Assembly: GCA_051294375.1 (NCBI GenBank)
Contig: CM119268.1
Coordinates: 14,352,471 to 14,416,470, forward strand
Direction of reading: 5' to 3'
DNA: 64,000 bases
DNA from: Paraspadella gotoi
Lineage: Eukaryota > Animalia > Chaetognatha
This document shows, piece by piece, positions 50,535-64,000 of this stretch (position 1 is the first letter of the stretch; each line of letters starts with the position of its first letter). Below the pieces are notes generated by a model that had not been told where the DNA came from, did not search any database, and worked only from the letters and a program-made list of their open reading frames with translations. The translations under genes and the position numbers were made by a program.

Positions 50535-51602
50535 CGAGCGAGCTTACCGTGACAAGAATCGTGACGGCCGTGACGGTTTCGTCGAGGCAGCAAGAAACGA
50601 ATCCGAAGTCCCCACTGGAAAACGAGCGGCAAACGAGTGGAAAGAGACTGGCAAACGAGAGGCAAACGACTGGCAAACGGAGCGACGAAGCGGGAGAAAT
50701 GACGCGAGGATGGAAACGCCGGCGAAGATCAACGTCTTCGACGCGAAATGTCGATTTGTCGATTCGTGAGTCGTTGGCACCACAATTCGTTGGTGGCGGG
50801 AAAAAGTTCGTGTGGAATTTGAGGAGACAGTTCCATCATCGGAATAGAAGTTCCCGCGAAGAAGGACACAGTTTCAAAATACGAATGAAAGAGTTCTTCC
50901 GAGAAGAATTATGAAATGATGGCGTAAGTCTTTCGTGGGTGGAGACTGATAGTTGATTGAGAATATTCCGAGTTGATGGGTAAAGATCTGCAGGAAAAAA
51001 AGAAAAACTTTTTTAAAAATAAAAATCAAACGCAATAATTATAAATCGAAGTCCATGTGCGGACTTCTTGTCTGCTTTTTGTTGTTATTGTTGTCTTTTC
51101 ATTAACTTGACATTTGCGTCCGTCAACCGTTTATCGTCATAAGTTTTTCCTTTTTTCTCTTTTATAATTTATTCTGTTTTTTTTTCCCTTTTGTTGACTT
51201 TCATTGAATGTCATCATTGTTTACTTATCATATTTCATTTCATTCTTTATCGGTCTTTCGTTCGCAGTCATTATCATCTGTCATCCATGGGGTTCATCAC
51301 GGTGATTGCCGTTTTACGCAAGAGCAACAAATCACGTCGAGGGATAATTATTTTCTAATTTTTTTTTTAAACTTAAATTTTGCCGCTTGACGAACAAACG
51401 AACGTTTAAAAATATGTGAAAAAACGAAAACAGTGAAGTGAATCGAGAAAATGAAACTCTCAGATTCACAGACTGAGCGATCAACGCGACGAGACGAGGT
51501 TCACAAACAACGCGCCGATCGCTCTCTCTCTCTCTCACTACGGATTTTCACAACAACAAAGGGCGAGAGAAAAAAATCTTTCACCGCGAGGTAATTTATC
51601 TC

Positions 51603-51637
<35 letters not shown>
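48359..51637 (+). repeat. ~3.3 kb tandem duplication, copy 1
   Basis: Collinear with 51638-54945. Contains a 25-N gap (50200-50224) whose flanks overlap each other (~50055-50199 vs 50225-50335). Confidence 0.96.
50548..50987 (-). other. Candidate 440-nt exon (no through-frame; UTR or non-coding)
   Basis: Acceptor gtttttctttttttcctgcAG (50989-50988) and donor acg|GTAAGC (50547-50542). All three frames hit stops. Confidence 0.3.
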
Positions 51638-51640
<3 letters not shown>

Positions 51641-52253
51641 AAGAGAAGAGATTCTTCAGAATAAAACTCTGGAAGAAGGCGGAGGATTTCTTTCGCAGAT
51701 TCTCGATGCGATTTCAAAATTCGTTTCTTTCTTTCCTCATTTTTTTTGCTTCATTGAGTCTCTCTCATCTCTCCATCTCCTCTCTCTCTCTCTCTTCCTC
51801 TCTCTCTCCTAACTCGATCGTCTCTCCTCATCTGCTCTCTCGTCTCATCTGTCTAATGCACTGTTTCTATTCAAAAGCCGTGTGGGAACATGTCAGTTAT
51901 CAACATAATCACTTATCGTTATCAACAGGCACGCTTCCAGCTCCGATGTCTATCACCGCTCACGCGCTCACCCTTATCCTTCTCTATCTTCTGTCTTTTC
52001 CTCCTCTCAATTTCCTGACCATTTCTCCATCCCCTCCTCCTCCTATCTCCTCCCTCAGCAGCTTTCCCAGTTTTTAATGAGAGTTTCAATCTGAAATTTT
52101 CTTATTTTATTGCTTCTCTTTGCCACTGATTTCTATAGTTAAATTTTCCCATCTCTCTCCTGAAATCAGATTTCCAACCAAACGGACAAAATCGTTTCAA
52201 GTTTTTTTAAAAGCTTGGGCTTTGAACGGACAGATAAGAGAGAGAGAAAGAGA

Positions 52254-52302
<49 letters not shown>

Positions 52303-53743
52303 AAGAGAGAGAGAGAAGGAAATTACGGATTTTCCTTTTTTGATTAAATATGACGCCCATAGTGTTTAAGGTGGAACTTTTAATGGTCTTCCTTTCTCAA
52401 CCGAAGTATATGATTTTTCCGAGTAACGTCATATTAAATGTTTAAGTAGCCTTAGAGGTATTGTTATTCTTAAGACCTTGGGCGAATATGACGACAATAG
52501 AGAATTTTTTTGTCTCATTGAAAAAAAAAAGGTGATGCGGGTGACCTTAAACCTTATGAATTTGTTTTGGCTCCGAGGGAAGAGCATTAGTTCCACGAAT
52601 TATCCAGCTTTTGTCATCATTTTGCTATTTTTCTCGTCGTCGTCGTACATCATCCACGTCGACCACCCAGTCTGCTTCGCAGTTGACGCGAGTTTACCCA
52701 CGCAGGAATTCCGAGATTTTAAATATTAAATAGAAAGAATTGAAAAAAAAAATGATAAAAAGGAAAAGAAAAACGCTTTTTCGAACAACAAAACACGGGA
52801 AGACAAGCGAACTATGACGAACAGAGACAGAAGATGAATACGACGGGGCGACGTGGACGAACGACGACCTGAGTCGCCTGTTTTCGCGCACCGATTTCAA
52901 TGGTTTCCGCTTCTACTTCCAGTCTCTTTTTTTTTTTTCTTTTTCCGCCCTGTAAGTCCGCTCTGCCTCCCGTCTCGAAAATCGCTCCTGCCCTTGTCCC
53001 AATTGAGATCTCTCCTCGCTACCGCCCCGGGCCCCGCGATGCATTTTGTTTTTTATTGTCCTTGCATCTTTTTATTAATTATTTTCCAGGTCTTGCAGAT
53101 TGGAGTTTTTTTTTCCCCGCACCCTTTTCGTATCCTCTTCTCGTCCGTGCTCCTCTCGTCTCTCTCTCTCCTCCTCTCTCTCTGCCTCTCTCTCTCTCTC
53201 TTCTCTCTCATCTCGGCGGCGGCACACCTATCATCTCTCTCCTCTTCTCTCTCATCTCTCTCTCTCGAGTCTCTCCTCTTCTTCTCCCTACTCGTCTCTC
53301 GTCGCTCTATGCATCTCTCGTCCTCTCTCATCTCCGCTCAATTCGTTTTTCCCTCCCCTTTTGTTTTTATGCTTGTGATTTCTGGTTTTTAATGCTTTTC
53401 GTTACGAAGAGAAATGCGATTTCGGGTCTTTTTTTTTTATTCTGTTTGTTTTTGTTTCTTTTTTTTTATGTTATACGCAGCCAAGAATAACGTTTTGCAT
53501 ATAATTCGGACGAAAAAGGAATTTTATATTAGAAACTAAAAAAAGAGAAAGAAAAAAAGGGAGGATTCGCGACGGCTTTTTTTTATCCGGATGCAAATTT
53601 ACCGAACTTAAAGAAAAAAGATCAGTGGAAATTTCGCGATAAGCCGAAGATTGCGCAATTAATTCTGCTCGAGATTTCTGTCGCAATCATTTCGATAAAA
53701 GAGGAAGAGAGAGAAAGAGAGAGAGAGAGAGAGAAGAAGAGGA

Positions 53744-53789
<46 letters not shown>

Positions 53790-54945
53790 CGAGCCCCCGA
53801 GCTTACCGTGACAGAATCGTGACGGGGCCGTGACGGTTCGTCGAGGCAGCAAAGAAACGAATCCGAGTCGCCCACTGGAAACGAGCGGCCAACGAGTGAA
53901 AGAGACTTGGCAAACGAGAGACAAAACGACTGGCAACGGAAAGCGACCGAAGCAGGGAGAAATGACGCAGAGATGGAAACGCTGCCGGCGAAGATCAACG
54001 TCTTCGACGCGAATTGTTTCGATTTTGTCGATTCGTGAGTCGTTGACCCACAATCGTTGGTGGCGGGAAAAAGTTCCGTTAGTGATTTTGAGGAAGACAG
54101 TTCCATCATCGTGAAATAGAAAGTTCCCGCGAGAAGGACACAGTTTAAAATACGAATGAAAGAAGTTTCTTTTTCCGAGAAGAATTAATGAAATGATGGG
54201 TAAGTCTTTCGTGGTGGAGAACTGATAGTTTTGATTGAAAAATATTCCGAGTTAGATGGGTAAAGATCTGCAGGAAAAAAGAAAACTTTTTTAAATTAAA
54301 TCAAACGGCAATATTATAAATCGAAGTCCATGTGGCGGACTTACTTGTCTGCTTTTTTTTGTTGTTATGGAGTTGTCTTTTTCATAACTTGACATTGGCG
54401 TCCGTCAACGCGTTTATTCCGTCATAAGTTTTTCCTTCCTTTATTTTTCTCTTTTAATTTATTGTTTGATTCTGTTTATTTTTTTTTTTTCCGCTTTTGT
54501 TTGCTTTCATTGAATGTACAATACATTGTTTACTATCATACTTTCAATTTCATTTCTTTAAACGGATCTTTCGTTCGCTAGTTCATTATCATCTGTCATC
54601 GCATGGGGTTCATCAGGTGATTGCCGTTTTACGCAAGAGCAACAAATCACGTCGAGGGATAATTATTTTCTAAATTTTATTTAAACTTAAATTTTGCCAG
54701 CTTGACGAACAACCATCGAACGTTTAAAAAATATGTGAAAAAAACGAAAAACAGTGAAGTGATCGAGAAATGAAACTCTCAGATTCACAGACTGAGGCGA
54801 ATCAACGCGACGAGACGAGGATTTTCAACAAAACAACGCGCCGAATCGCTCTCTCTCCTCTTCTCAACTACGGTATTTTCCAGCAACAACAAAGGGCGAA
54901 GAAAAAAAATCTTTCCACCGCGAGGTTAATTTATCTCGTTCTCTT
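51638..54945 (+). repeat. ~3.3 kb tandem duplication, copy 2 (progressively indel-rich)
   Basis: First ~450 nt nearly identical to copy 1, the remainder noisy; followed by garbled CT sequence and a 25-N gap (55156-55180). Confidence 0.95.
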
Positions 54946-56288
54946 CTGATTCTCCTCTCCGTTCCCCAGTCGGGTTCTTCTCTTCTCTCATCTCTCTCTC
55001 TCCTCCTTCTCTCTCTCTTCGTCTCTCTCATCTCATCTCTCTTCTCTCTTCTCATGCTCTCTCTTTCTCTCTCTCTCTCTCTCATTCTGTCTCTCTTCCC
55101 TCTCTCTCTCTTTCTCTCTCTCTCATCTCTCGTCTTCTCTCCGGCGATGGTGCAANNNNNNNNNNNNNNNNNNNNNNNNNACAAAGAATAAGACTGAAAC
55201 ATTTTTTTTTTATCGTTTAGTTTGTGTTTCGTTTTTTCTCTTTCCCTTTCTCTCCCTCCCTCTCCCCCGGCACAAAAAACAAAAAAACAAAATAAAAACA
55301 CACAAATCGCCGAAGCCTCTGGTTGATTTCAGTATCAATTAACAAAAACTCATTTTTCCGGAAATCATTTACGTTTGAGGCGTTGAACGAACCCGTTATT
55401 TATTTTTTCACTTTTTTTTTCATTAAGAACGATATGTTTTTTTTTTCCTACCTTTTTTTCAGGTCTTTTATCTTTAATCCCAAATCATTTTTTTCCTTCT
55501 CATTCATGATTTCTTCAGCTTCTCATTAATTATAAAAACAAATTTCATTTCACGATTCGTTCCAGTCTTTGTATTTGTCGGTGTCTTTTTAAGTTCAGTG
55601 ACCCGAACCGACCCCCGATTGATCCGTCGGTTCAGCGTCTCTCAACTTCCCGGGCGACTTTCGTCTTTATCTCAATACTAAAGTCGAACTACCCCCATTT
55701 GTTTCTCCCCCCCCCCGCGGGGAATCAACCCACTATGACGGCGCGATCTCCGAGTCTGTTCCCTTTGACCTCAAGATTCTCACCACTGCGAATTTCGGGT
55801 GAGATATCGTCATCGTCCCTCACCCGTCACGGTTGAATGCTTCACCCTAGGGTAAGGCCTCTCTTTTTCTCTCCCTCCCCATGTCACAAAACATTCCCAC
55901 CCTTCATGCCTTGTGAAGTCGTGACTGACTCTGACCGACCCCCTTTTCCTTCCTTCCTCTCACCCTGTCAAGTGACTCATCCTCTCCCTCTTCCCGCTTT
56001 AAAAAAAAAAAACTTTCTTTCCGGGAGGGGGGGAAGCGTTAACGACAGAAAATATAACGCCCAAAGTTTGGGTTTAATGATAATTGCCATAATTCGCGAG
56101 GCAGCCGACTGCCAATGTCCATAAATCTAAAAGGAGGGAAGGGGCGTGGAGAGAAGATGGTCTGGGTGGTGGAGGGGTAGAGGGTCTAATAGAAACAAAA
56201 AAAAAAAGAGGAAGCGAAATAAAGTCAGTCTCTTGCCTTCCCTCCCTCTTTTCCTCCATCCCAGAATTGGAATGACCAACTGGATGGA

Positions 56289-56364
<76 letters not shown>

Positions 56365-57051
56365 GAGAATGAGAAAAAAGGAGGCAATTTTGTGGTCCAT
56401 CGCCTCTTGACTGGAGACCAAGATGGAAACCAATTATCCGAATAACTTATTATTTTAAAATGTAACTTATAAATGTAACAAAATAAGAATCCAGTGATTC
56501 AACGCTTAACAAACACAAAATGCAGAGCAACGCAATGTATTTGGGAGATTGGGCTTAAGCATCGCTGAAATTTGGATTTGATCGTTATTTAAAATGTGGT
56601 TTTCTCATTTATCCTTGTTTGTATTCACGGTGAAAAAAGTGAATTAAACTTAAATCAAATACAAGGACAATTCGTTCGGGCCTTCGATTCACAATTGACG
56701 GAGTTTATCACTTTTCTCCGTTCACCTTCACCCGTTTCTCTCGCCTTTTTGTTTACTACGAAAAATCAGCGAAAGAACAATAAAAACAAAACAGCGATAA
56801 AACCGGAAGAGGAGGATAGAGAGAAAGAAAAAAGTGAAAAAAAAGAAAGAAACCGACTGAATTAAAAATTTAAAAAAAGAAAGAAGTAAAAACGTCTTCG
56901 CTTCGTAAATAAATCATCGACGCGCGATAAAATTAACGATAAAAACTCGAGCAATAAACTTAATAAAAAAAAATAGGGAAATGAGGGGAAGAGAGAAGAG
57001 AAGAATTCGATGAAAAAGGGGAGGGATGTTAAATTTGTGGAGAGAGAGATT

Positions 57052-57130
<79 letters not shown>

Positions 57131-58219
57131 TGTACGGACAGCCGGAGAAAAATGACGGAAGTAGAGAAAACAAAAAAAGAATAAAACCAACAACACAAAA
57201 AAAGAACAAAAAATAAGGATAAAAAAGAATAAAGACAAAAAAAAAAAAAAGAAAGAAAGAAAGGAGAAAAAAGAAAGAAAGAAGAAAAAAAGAAAGAGAA
57301 AGAGAAAGAAAGAAGAAAGAGAAGAAAGAAAGAAAGAAGAAAGAAAGAAGAGAAGAAAGAAAGAGGCGTGGAAGAAAGAGATCGAGCAGGGACACGAAAC
57401 GAGGGAGGTAAACAAAAGAGGGCGGGGCAAAAGGTGCGGGAGATGAATTGAAACAGAGAAGAGAGAGTGAATGACGGGCATCGACGGGAAAGTGAAAGGT
57501 GAGGACGAAGGGGAAGGGACAAACAAGTCTCGCGATATGCGAGGACAAAGGAGGTAGACCGAGACAAGGAGAGGAAAGCGAGAGACTGAGAAAGAGAGAG
57601 AGAGCAGAGTCCCACGATTGGGGCGAATTTCCGTGGTCGCGTCACGTGGATTTTAGAATGCACGAGACGAGCGAGCATCGAGGCTCCGACGGTCGACGTG
57701 AGTGAGTGAGGATTGTAAGGTGGAATGAAAGGATAAATTGAATAGGATAAATTAACGCACTGTTGAAAAAAAAAGGAGATATGGATTTATTTTCGAAAAA
57801 AGGCGACAGAAGACAGACCGAGGCGGTGGAAGGTCTTAAAGTAGCCGACAGAAAAAAAAGGTGCAGGTTTGAATAAGATGATGACTCCCGAGGATAAACA
57901 CACGACGACAGACCGACAACGACAACGATGAAGGGAGAATGAAAAAAGATGGAATAGGGAATGCTGGAAGAAAATTGAATGACGGAGACGACGGGAAAAC
58001 CTGTTTATGTCACTTTTGACAAGAGAGAGAGAGAGTAGAGAGAGAGAGAGAAGAGAGAGAGAGAGAAGAGGAAGAGAGAGAGAGGAGAGAGAGAAGGAGA
58101 GAGATGAAGAGAAGCAGAGGAGAGTACATGTCGAAACCACCGAAACACCTCGAGGCTGGATCGTGTGTTCTGAATTGACGAGGTAGACGTTAGTNNNNNN
58201 NNNNNNNNNNNNNNNNNNN

Positions 58220-58254
<35 letters not shown>

Positions 58255-59394
58255 CGAACCTCGAGTGGTCGTTTGTCGAATTGACGAGGTGCTAGTCGGG
58301 GCTTTTGAGTGTCTCTCAGTAATTTCGCCGCGAAAAAGATAAATGTACAAATTGTTATACGAAAGAATAAATGATAATAACGATAATTAACGTATTATTC
58401 GGCCGCTGAGATGAGTCGCTCTATCACAGGGCCGTGAGAGATACGTTTCAGCCTGAAATAGTTAAATATCGCAGTTGATTTGTTAATGTTTACGATTATT
58501 ACGTTGTGAGTTTAAATAGAAAGGGAAATCGGATTTCGCGACTTGAGATCCGCTCAGAGCAAATTGGTTCGACTGTATTATTTTCTTTGGTCGGGTCTCA
58601 AAAGTGGGAATTTTGGAAGAAAAGAGAGAGAGAGAGAGAGAGANNNNNNNNNNNNNNNNNNNNNNNNNNNNNNNNNNNNNNNNNNNNNNNNNNNNNNNNN
58701 NNNNNNNNNNNNNNNNNNNNNNNNNNNNNNNNNNNNNNNNNNNNNNNNNNNNNNNNNNNNNNNNNNNNNNNNNNNNNNNNNNNNNNNNNGAGAGAGAGAG
58801 AGAGAGAGAGATGCCTTTTAGTTTCATTATCGTAAAAGTTTAAGGCAATAAAGCTGTCGTGAGGTGAAGATTCGGGTTTGGGTTACTGGGAACGCCGCAG
58901 AGATTTTGGTGGCACAAAATCAAAAAAAGCAAAAAGCGATTTTCATTATTTCTGTGTAATGTCACGGATTTTCGGGGTAAAGTAACTGATTGGCACAAGC
59001 TACAACAGCTTATTTGTCTTTGTCGTCTCGCCTTTAATTTATGTTTTCTGTGTCTTTCTCTCTCTNNNNNNNNNNNNNNNNNNNNNNNNNNNNNNNNNNN
59101 NNNNNNNNNNNNNNNNNNNNNNNNNNNNNNNNNNNNNNNNNNNNNNNNNNNNNNNNNNNNNNNNNNNNNNNNNNNNNNNNNNNNNNNNNNNNNNNNNNNN
59201 NNNNNNNNNNNNNNNNNNNNNNNNNNNNNNNNCGTCGTCCTTTCTTCTTTACTTGTTGTTTTGTTTCTTCTCTTGTCCCTCTATTAGTCCTAGGTTCAAG
59301 TTCTTCCAACCCTCCTTCCCTCATCCTTCATCCCAACTCTCTTCAACCCTTAAACCACAAAACCTCAGAGTCAGTTAATCCGCTGTAGAGTCTT

Positions 59395-59445
59395 AAACCA
59401 ATGACGTCGTGGGAGGCAATCCATTTGACGGGAGATGATTGGTCG
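59395..59445. promoter_or_regulatory. CCAAT / CRE-like cluster
   Basis: CCAAT at 59398 overlapping TGACGTC (59402-59408); reverse CCAAT at 59438. Confidence 0.25.
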
Positions 59446-61033
59446 AGAGAAATTGTACAAACAAAAGAGAAAAATAAAAAAAGAGAGAACGAAAGTTAAG
59501 AGTAAAATAAAGAGCGAAAGATCGAAAGAAAAAAAAAGTAGGAAAGAAGGAAAGACATAAATGAATGATGAAAGAAAATTAGCTAAGAAATAAAGAATAA
59601 AAACAGAAAGCAATAATAAAGAAATATAAGGAGAAAAATGTAAAAAGAAAGAAAAAAAAAATAAAGAAAAAAAAGTGACAGTGATGCTCGTCGGTGAAAT
59701 TAAACAGGAATCTCGGAAATTTCGAATGGTTTTTTCGTTTGCTTTTTTTTTCGTCGACCGGCGNNNNNNNNNNNNNNNNNNNNNNNNNNNNNNNNNNNNN
59801 NNNNNNNNNNNNNNNNNNNNNNNNNNNNNNNNNNNNNNNNNNNNNNNNNNNNNNNNNNNNNNNNNNNNNNNNNNNNNNNNNNNNNNNNNNNNNNNNNNNN
59901 NNNNNNNNNNNNNNNNNNNNNNNNNNNNNNNNNNNNNNNNNNNNNNNNNNNNNNNNNNNNNNNNNNNNNNNNNNNNNNNNNNNNNNNNNNNNNNNNNNNN
60001 NNNNNNNNNNNNNNNNNNNNNNNNNNNNNNNNNNNNNNNNNNNNNNNNNNNNNNNNNNNNNNNNNNNNNNNNNNNNNNNNNNNNNNNNNNNNNNNNNNNN
60101 NNNNNNNNNNNNNNNNNNNNNNNNNNNNNNNNNNNNNNNNNNNNNNNNNNNNNNNNNNNNNNNNNNNNNNNNNNNNNNNNNNNNNNNNNNNNNNNNNNNN
60201 NNNNNNNNNNNNNNNNNNNNNNNNNNNNNNNNNNNNNNNNNNNNNNNNNNNNNNNNNNNNNNNNNNNNNNNNNNNNNNNNNNNNNNNNNNNNNNNNNNNN
60301 NNNNNNNNNNNNNNNNNNNNNNNNNNNNNNNNNNNNNNNAAAAAGAAAGAAAGAAAAAAAATTGGTCGGCGTGAAGGATGAAAAAGAATTTCGTCGAATT
60401 GAAAGGAAGAATAAAAAAAAAAAACTTTTTCGAAGATTTGAAAATGTAATTCAAAAAGGAAATCAATTCGACAATGGGTGACAATCAAAATAGGCGGCGG
60501 AATTACAGCCGCGACAATGGACGGCAATGAGGGACGGCGAGATGGCAAAGTGGCAATCAAGGATCGAGTGGGAAAAAAAAATCAGGGGCGAATCTTATCG
60601 TTTGTTGTCGAATCAAATCAACGACTCAATTCGTGGGCGTTTGCTCCTTTTTTTTTCTTTTATTTTTTTTTGAGAAAGAGAAATAAATTTACGACCTAAA
60701 AATAAAGATGAAATCTCGGTCCATAGATTAAAAAAAAGAACAAAAAAGAACAATCGAGAAACCTTTTATCGGCAGAAACGAACAAAGGCGAATTCCCACA
60801 AAGAAAGAAAAGCTTCGCGACGATTTTTTATCAACGCTGATTACGAACGAATCGCGTCTAATGATNNNNNNNNNNNNNNNNNNNNNNNNNNNNNNNNNNN
60901 NNNNNNNNNNNNNNNNNNNNNNNNNNNNNNNNNNNNNNNNNNNNNNNNNNNNNNNNNNNNNNNNNNNNNNNNNNNNNNNNNNNNNNNNNNNNNNNNNNNN
61001 NNNNNNNNNNNNNNNNNNNNNNNNNNNNNNNNN

Positions 61034-61072
<39 letters not shown>

Positions 61073-62391
61073 AAAGGGAGTGGGAAGAGATAAAGGGAAA
61101 TATCGCGTCCCAAATTGTGGCGCCTTTTAAGTCAATTTTTTTTCCTGCCTCAACAAAGACTTCATTTAAAACCGAAAAAAAAACCGCGAAGCGAAAAAAT
61201 AGCGGAAGAAGAATAAAGAAGAATAAAGAAGAATAAAGAAGGTGATAGAAAACAGGCGAGAGAGAAAAGGAGAGAAAAAAAATTGAAACGGAGAAAAAAT
61301 AGAATATTTTTTTTTAAACAAAATTTTTAAAAACTAAACGATGAATAAAACATCAAACGAAACTAAAATAATGAATAATAGAGAAAAGAATAAAATGGAA
61401 AAACTGAAACAAAAAAAAAAAAAAGAAGTGATAACAAGAGAAAAACTAAAAAAGCTAAAAATGAAACGAACGCGAAGAATAAAAAGCGACGAAGAACAAA
61501 AAAACTTTTTGTGGTCGAAAAAAAAAAGACAAAAAAATCTCGACCTCCAAAAAAGAGGAATACCTGAGAAGGGGGAGTGAGAAAAAGAAAGAAGCGGGGG
61601 ATGTGGTTAAGTGATGGAACGGAACGGCTAAGTGGACAGGTGGTCAGGTGTCGAAGTGGTGGTGTGGTCAAATGTCAGAAAGCGCAGAGTGGTAAAGTGG
61701 TTGAAGGAAAGAGGGAATTCGTAGGTGGTGGACTCCGCTGTCAATATCAACTTCTCAACAAACGTCTGATTTTTTTTTTACTCGCATTCGAGACAAAGTT
61801 TTGGGTCGGAAGCCAAGAAAAAATTTTAGGGGAAAAGTTAAATTTCGTTTAACTTTGCCTAAATACGTTTCAGTTTTCTTTCAACGATTCAATTTTGCAA
61901 AAATAACTAAAAGAATCCAACTGAGTGGCATTTACNNNNNNNNNNNNNNNNNNNNNNNNNNNNNNNNNNNNNNNNNNNNNNNNNNNNNNNNNNNNNNNNN
62001 NNNNNNNNNNNNNNNNNNNNNNNNNNNNNNNNNNNNNNNNNNNNNNNNNNNNNNNNNNNNNNNNNNNNNNNNNNNNNNNNNNNNNNNNNNNNNNNNNNNN
62101 NNNNNNNNNNNNNNNNNNNNNNNNNNNNNNNCACTCCCCCACCCCTTCACTACGGCGCCGCCCTTACTCTCTCGAAAATTCACCCGCTCGACAGAGAATC
62201 ACGCGGCTCGTTCACAGAGTTCACTGCTTCGACCCATTCACGAGAAACGTCACCGTTATTAGATATCGTTAAAGAAGACGAACGAGAGTCGTGGCGAGAA
62301 ACGGGGAGAGGAAGGAAGGTAGGAGGGGAAAGAAAAAAAAAGAAAGAAAGAAAGAAAGAAAGAACGAAAGAAAGAAAGAAAGAAAGAACGA

Positions 62392-62481
<90 letters not shown>

Positions 62482-62828
62482 AGATAATCTTGTGCAATCA
62501 TGTTACAAAAACTTTTCCTGACCGGCGTTAGACCGACCGACCGACCAAAGAAGCGAAGAGAAAAATCCGAAAATTTCCATTTTGTTCGGCGATAATTCGA
62601 GGACGGGCCCGACGCCCGATTCCGACAAAAGGCTGGAGATNNNNNNNNNNNNNNNNNNNNNNNNNNNNNNNNNNNNNNNNNNNNNNNNNNNNNNNNNNNN
62701 NNNNNNNNNNNNNNNNNNNGGGTGGAATCGAATCCGGCTCCTTTTTAAAATGACTTTCACGTCGAATCTTCGCCTCGAATTCTCACCAAAATTTGACATT
62801 CACGAGACATTAGCCTAAATTCCCGCAG

Positions 62829-62962
62829 CTTGGGACGAGGAGGGCGAAGACGACGAAGAAGACGAAAAAGACGAAGAAGACGAAGAAGACGAAGAAGACG
62901 AAGAAGACGAAGAAGACGAAGAAGACGAAGAAGACGAAGAGGATAAAAAAAAAGTTAAATAA
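62829..62962 (+). repeat. (GACGAAGAA)n 9-mer array; possible acidic terminal exon
   Basis: About 10 units of the 9-mer. After cccgcAG it reads WDEEGEDDEEDEKDEEDEE...EDKKKVK*. The repeat is certain; coding is uncertain. Confidence 0.6.
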
Positions 62963-64000
62963 ACTTTTAGAAAAGACATTTAAGTGGGAAGTAGGCGATC
63001 GAGAGATGTACAAAGAAGTGATGGGGAAACTGTGGTGAGTCGATGGAAGACACAACATCAACAACATCAGCTTCAACAACAACAACAACTTCAACATCAT
63101 CAACAACAACAACAACAAGAAGCCACCGTGAAGCTCTCGTCGCGACTTATTAGCTTTTTTTTTTGAAGGATTAGAAAATTTTTTCGACCACGAAAATTCT
63201 TTTTNNNNNNNNNNNNNNNNNNNNNNNNNNNNNNNNNNNNNNNNNNNNNNNNNNNNNNNNNNNNNNNNNNNNNNNNNNNNNNNNNNNNNNNNNNNNNNNN
63301 NNNNNNNNNNNNNNNNNNNNNNNNNNNNNNNNNNNNNNNNNNNNNNNNNNNNNNNNNNNNNNNNNNNNNNNNNNNNNNNNNNNNNNNNNNNNNNNNNNNN
63401 NNNNNNNNNNNNNNNNNAAGGAAAAAAGTCGGAAGGGATGACGTCATCCAGGATTTTCGTAGTAAAAAATCGGGAACAACGACAACAACTTTAGCCATAA
63501 CTACAGCGACAACAACAACATAAAGCAAAGCAGTCGCGACAAAGTGCTTTAATCTGTCTGCAAATCGACCTAGTTAACGACGGGACAAGAACAACATAGC
63601 GACTCTCGACGACGACGACGACGACGACAACGACGACGAAATCTTTAGACGAGGATGATGAGGCCGAAAATGATGAAAAAGAAAACTAGAAAACTAAGGA
63701 AAGTTGTTGACAACTAATTTTACTACTTTTTGTTTTTACTACATACATTATTAATCAACAGGTTTCAACTTTGAACGTTAATTACTATGTTTGGCTAAGC
63801 AGAAACAAAACTTTTGCAAAATGGATGTGATTTAAGTAAAGGTAAATAAAAAATCGGATGTTCAGAAGCCGACAACTTGCTGGCAAACTGGCCGAAATGA
63901 GTTATAGATGCTTTTTAAAGGTTAATACCACTTGGAAAAAGGGAAAGAAAGGAGAGAAAACCAGAGTTAGTTCATAAATGAAAGACAGTATAAATTATAA

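Noticed and set aside
57614-57650. ER-stress element (CCAAT-N9-CCACG)
   Set aside because: The two motifs occur 9 nt apart but in reversed order (CCACG-N9-CCAAT on the minus strand).

Overview
Eukaryotic (probably invertebrate animal) draft-genome scaffold. It has about 20 N-gaps, very dense microsatellites ((AG)n, (AAAG)n, (GAC/GTC)n) and no obvious CpG depletion. I recognise no protein-coding gene, rRNA, intact tRNA, autonomous transposon or CRISPR array. Almost all ORFs in the track are artefacts of simple repeats or N-runs. About 15 kb is redundant: a ~10 kb tandem duplication (25760-35759 / 35868-46567), a ~3.3 kb tandem duplication (48359-51637 / 51638-54945), a 0.7 kb direct duplication and a 0.4 kb inverted duplication. 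The second copies are full of single-base indels, and several exactly-25-N gaps lie in or beside them, which points to raw long-read gap-filling artefacts. The unique sequence looks like intronic or regulatory territory. It contains a highly structured tRNA-headed SINE-like element (21286-21550, minus strand), a Helentron/DINE-1-type non-autonomous element (34224-34386), a small MITE-like element, promoter-like motif clusters, recurrent nuclear-receptor DR1/DR5 motifs and several candidate exons, mostly on the minus strand. I cannot support a claim of a new biological system; the structured element at 21.3-21.55 kb is the best lead.
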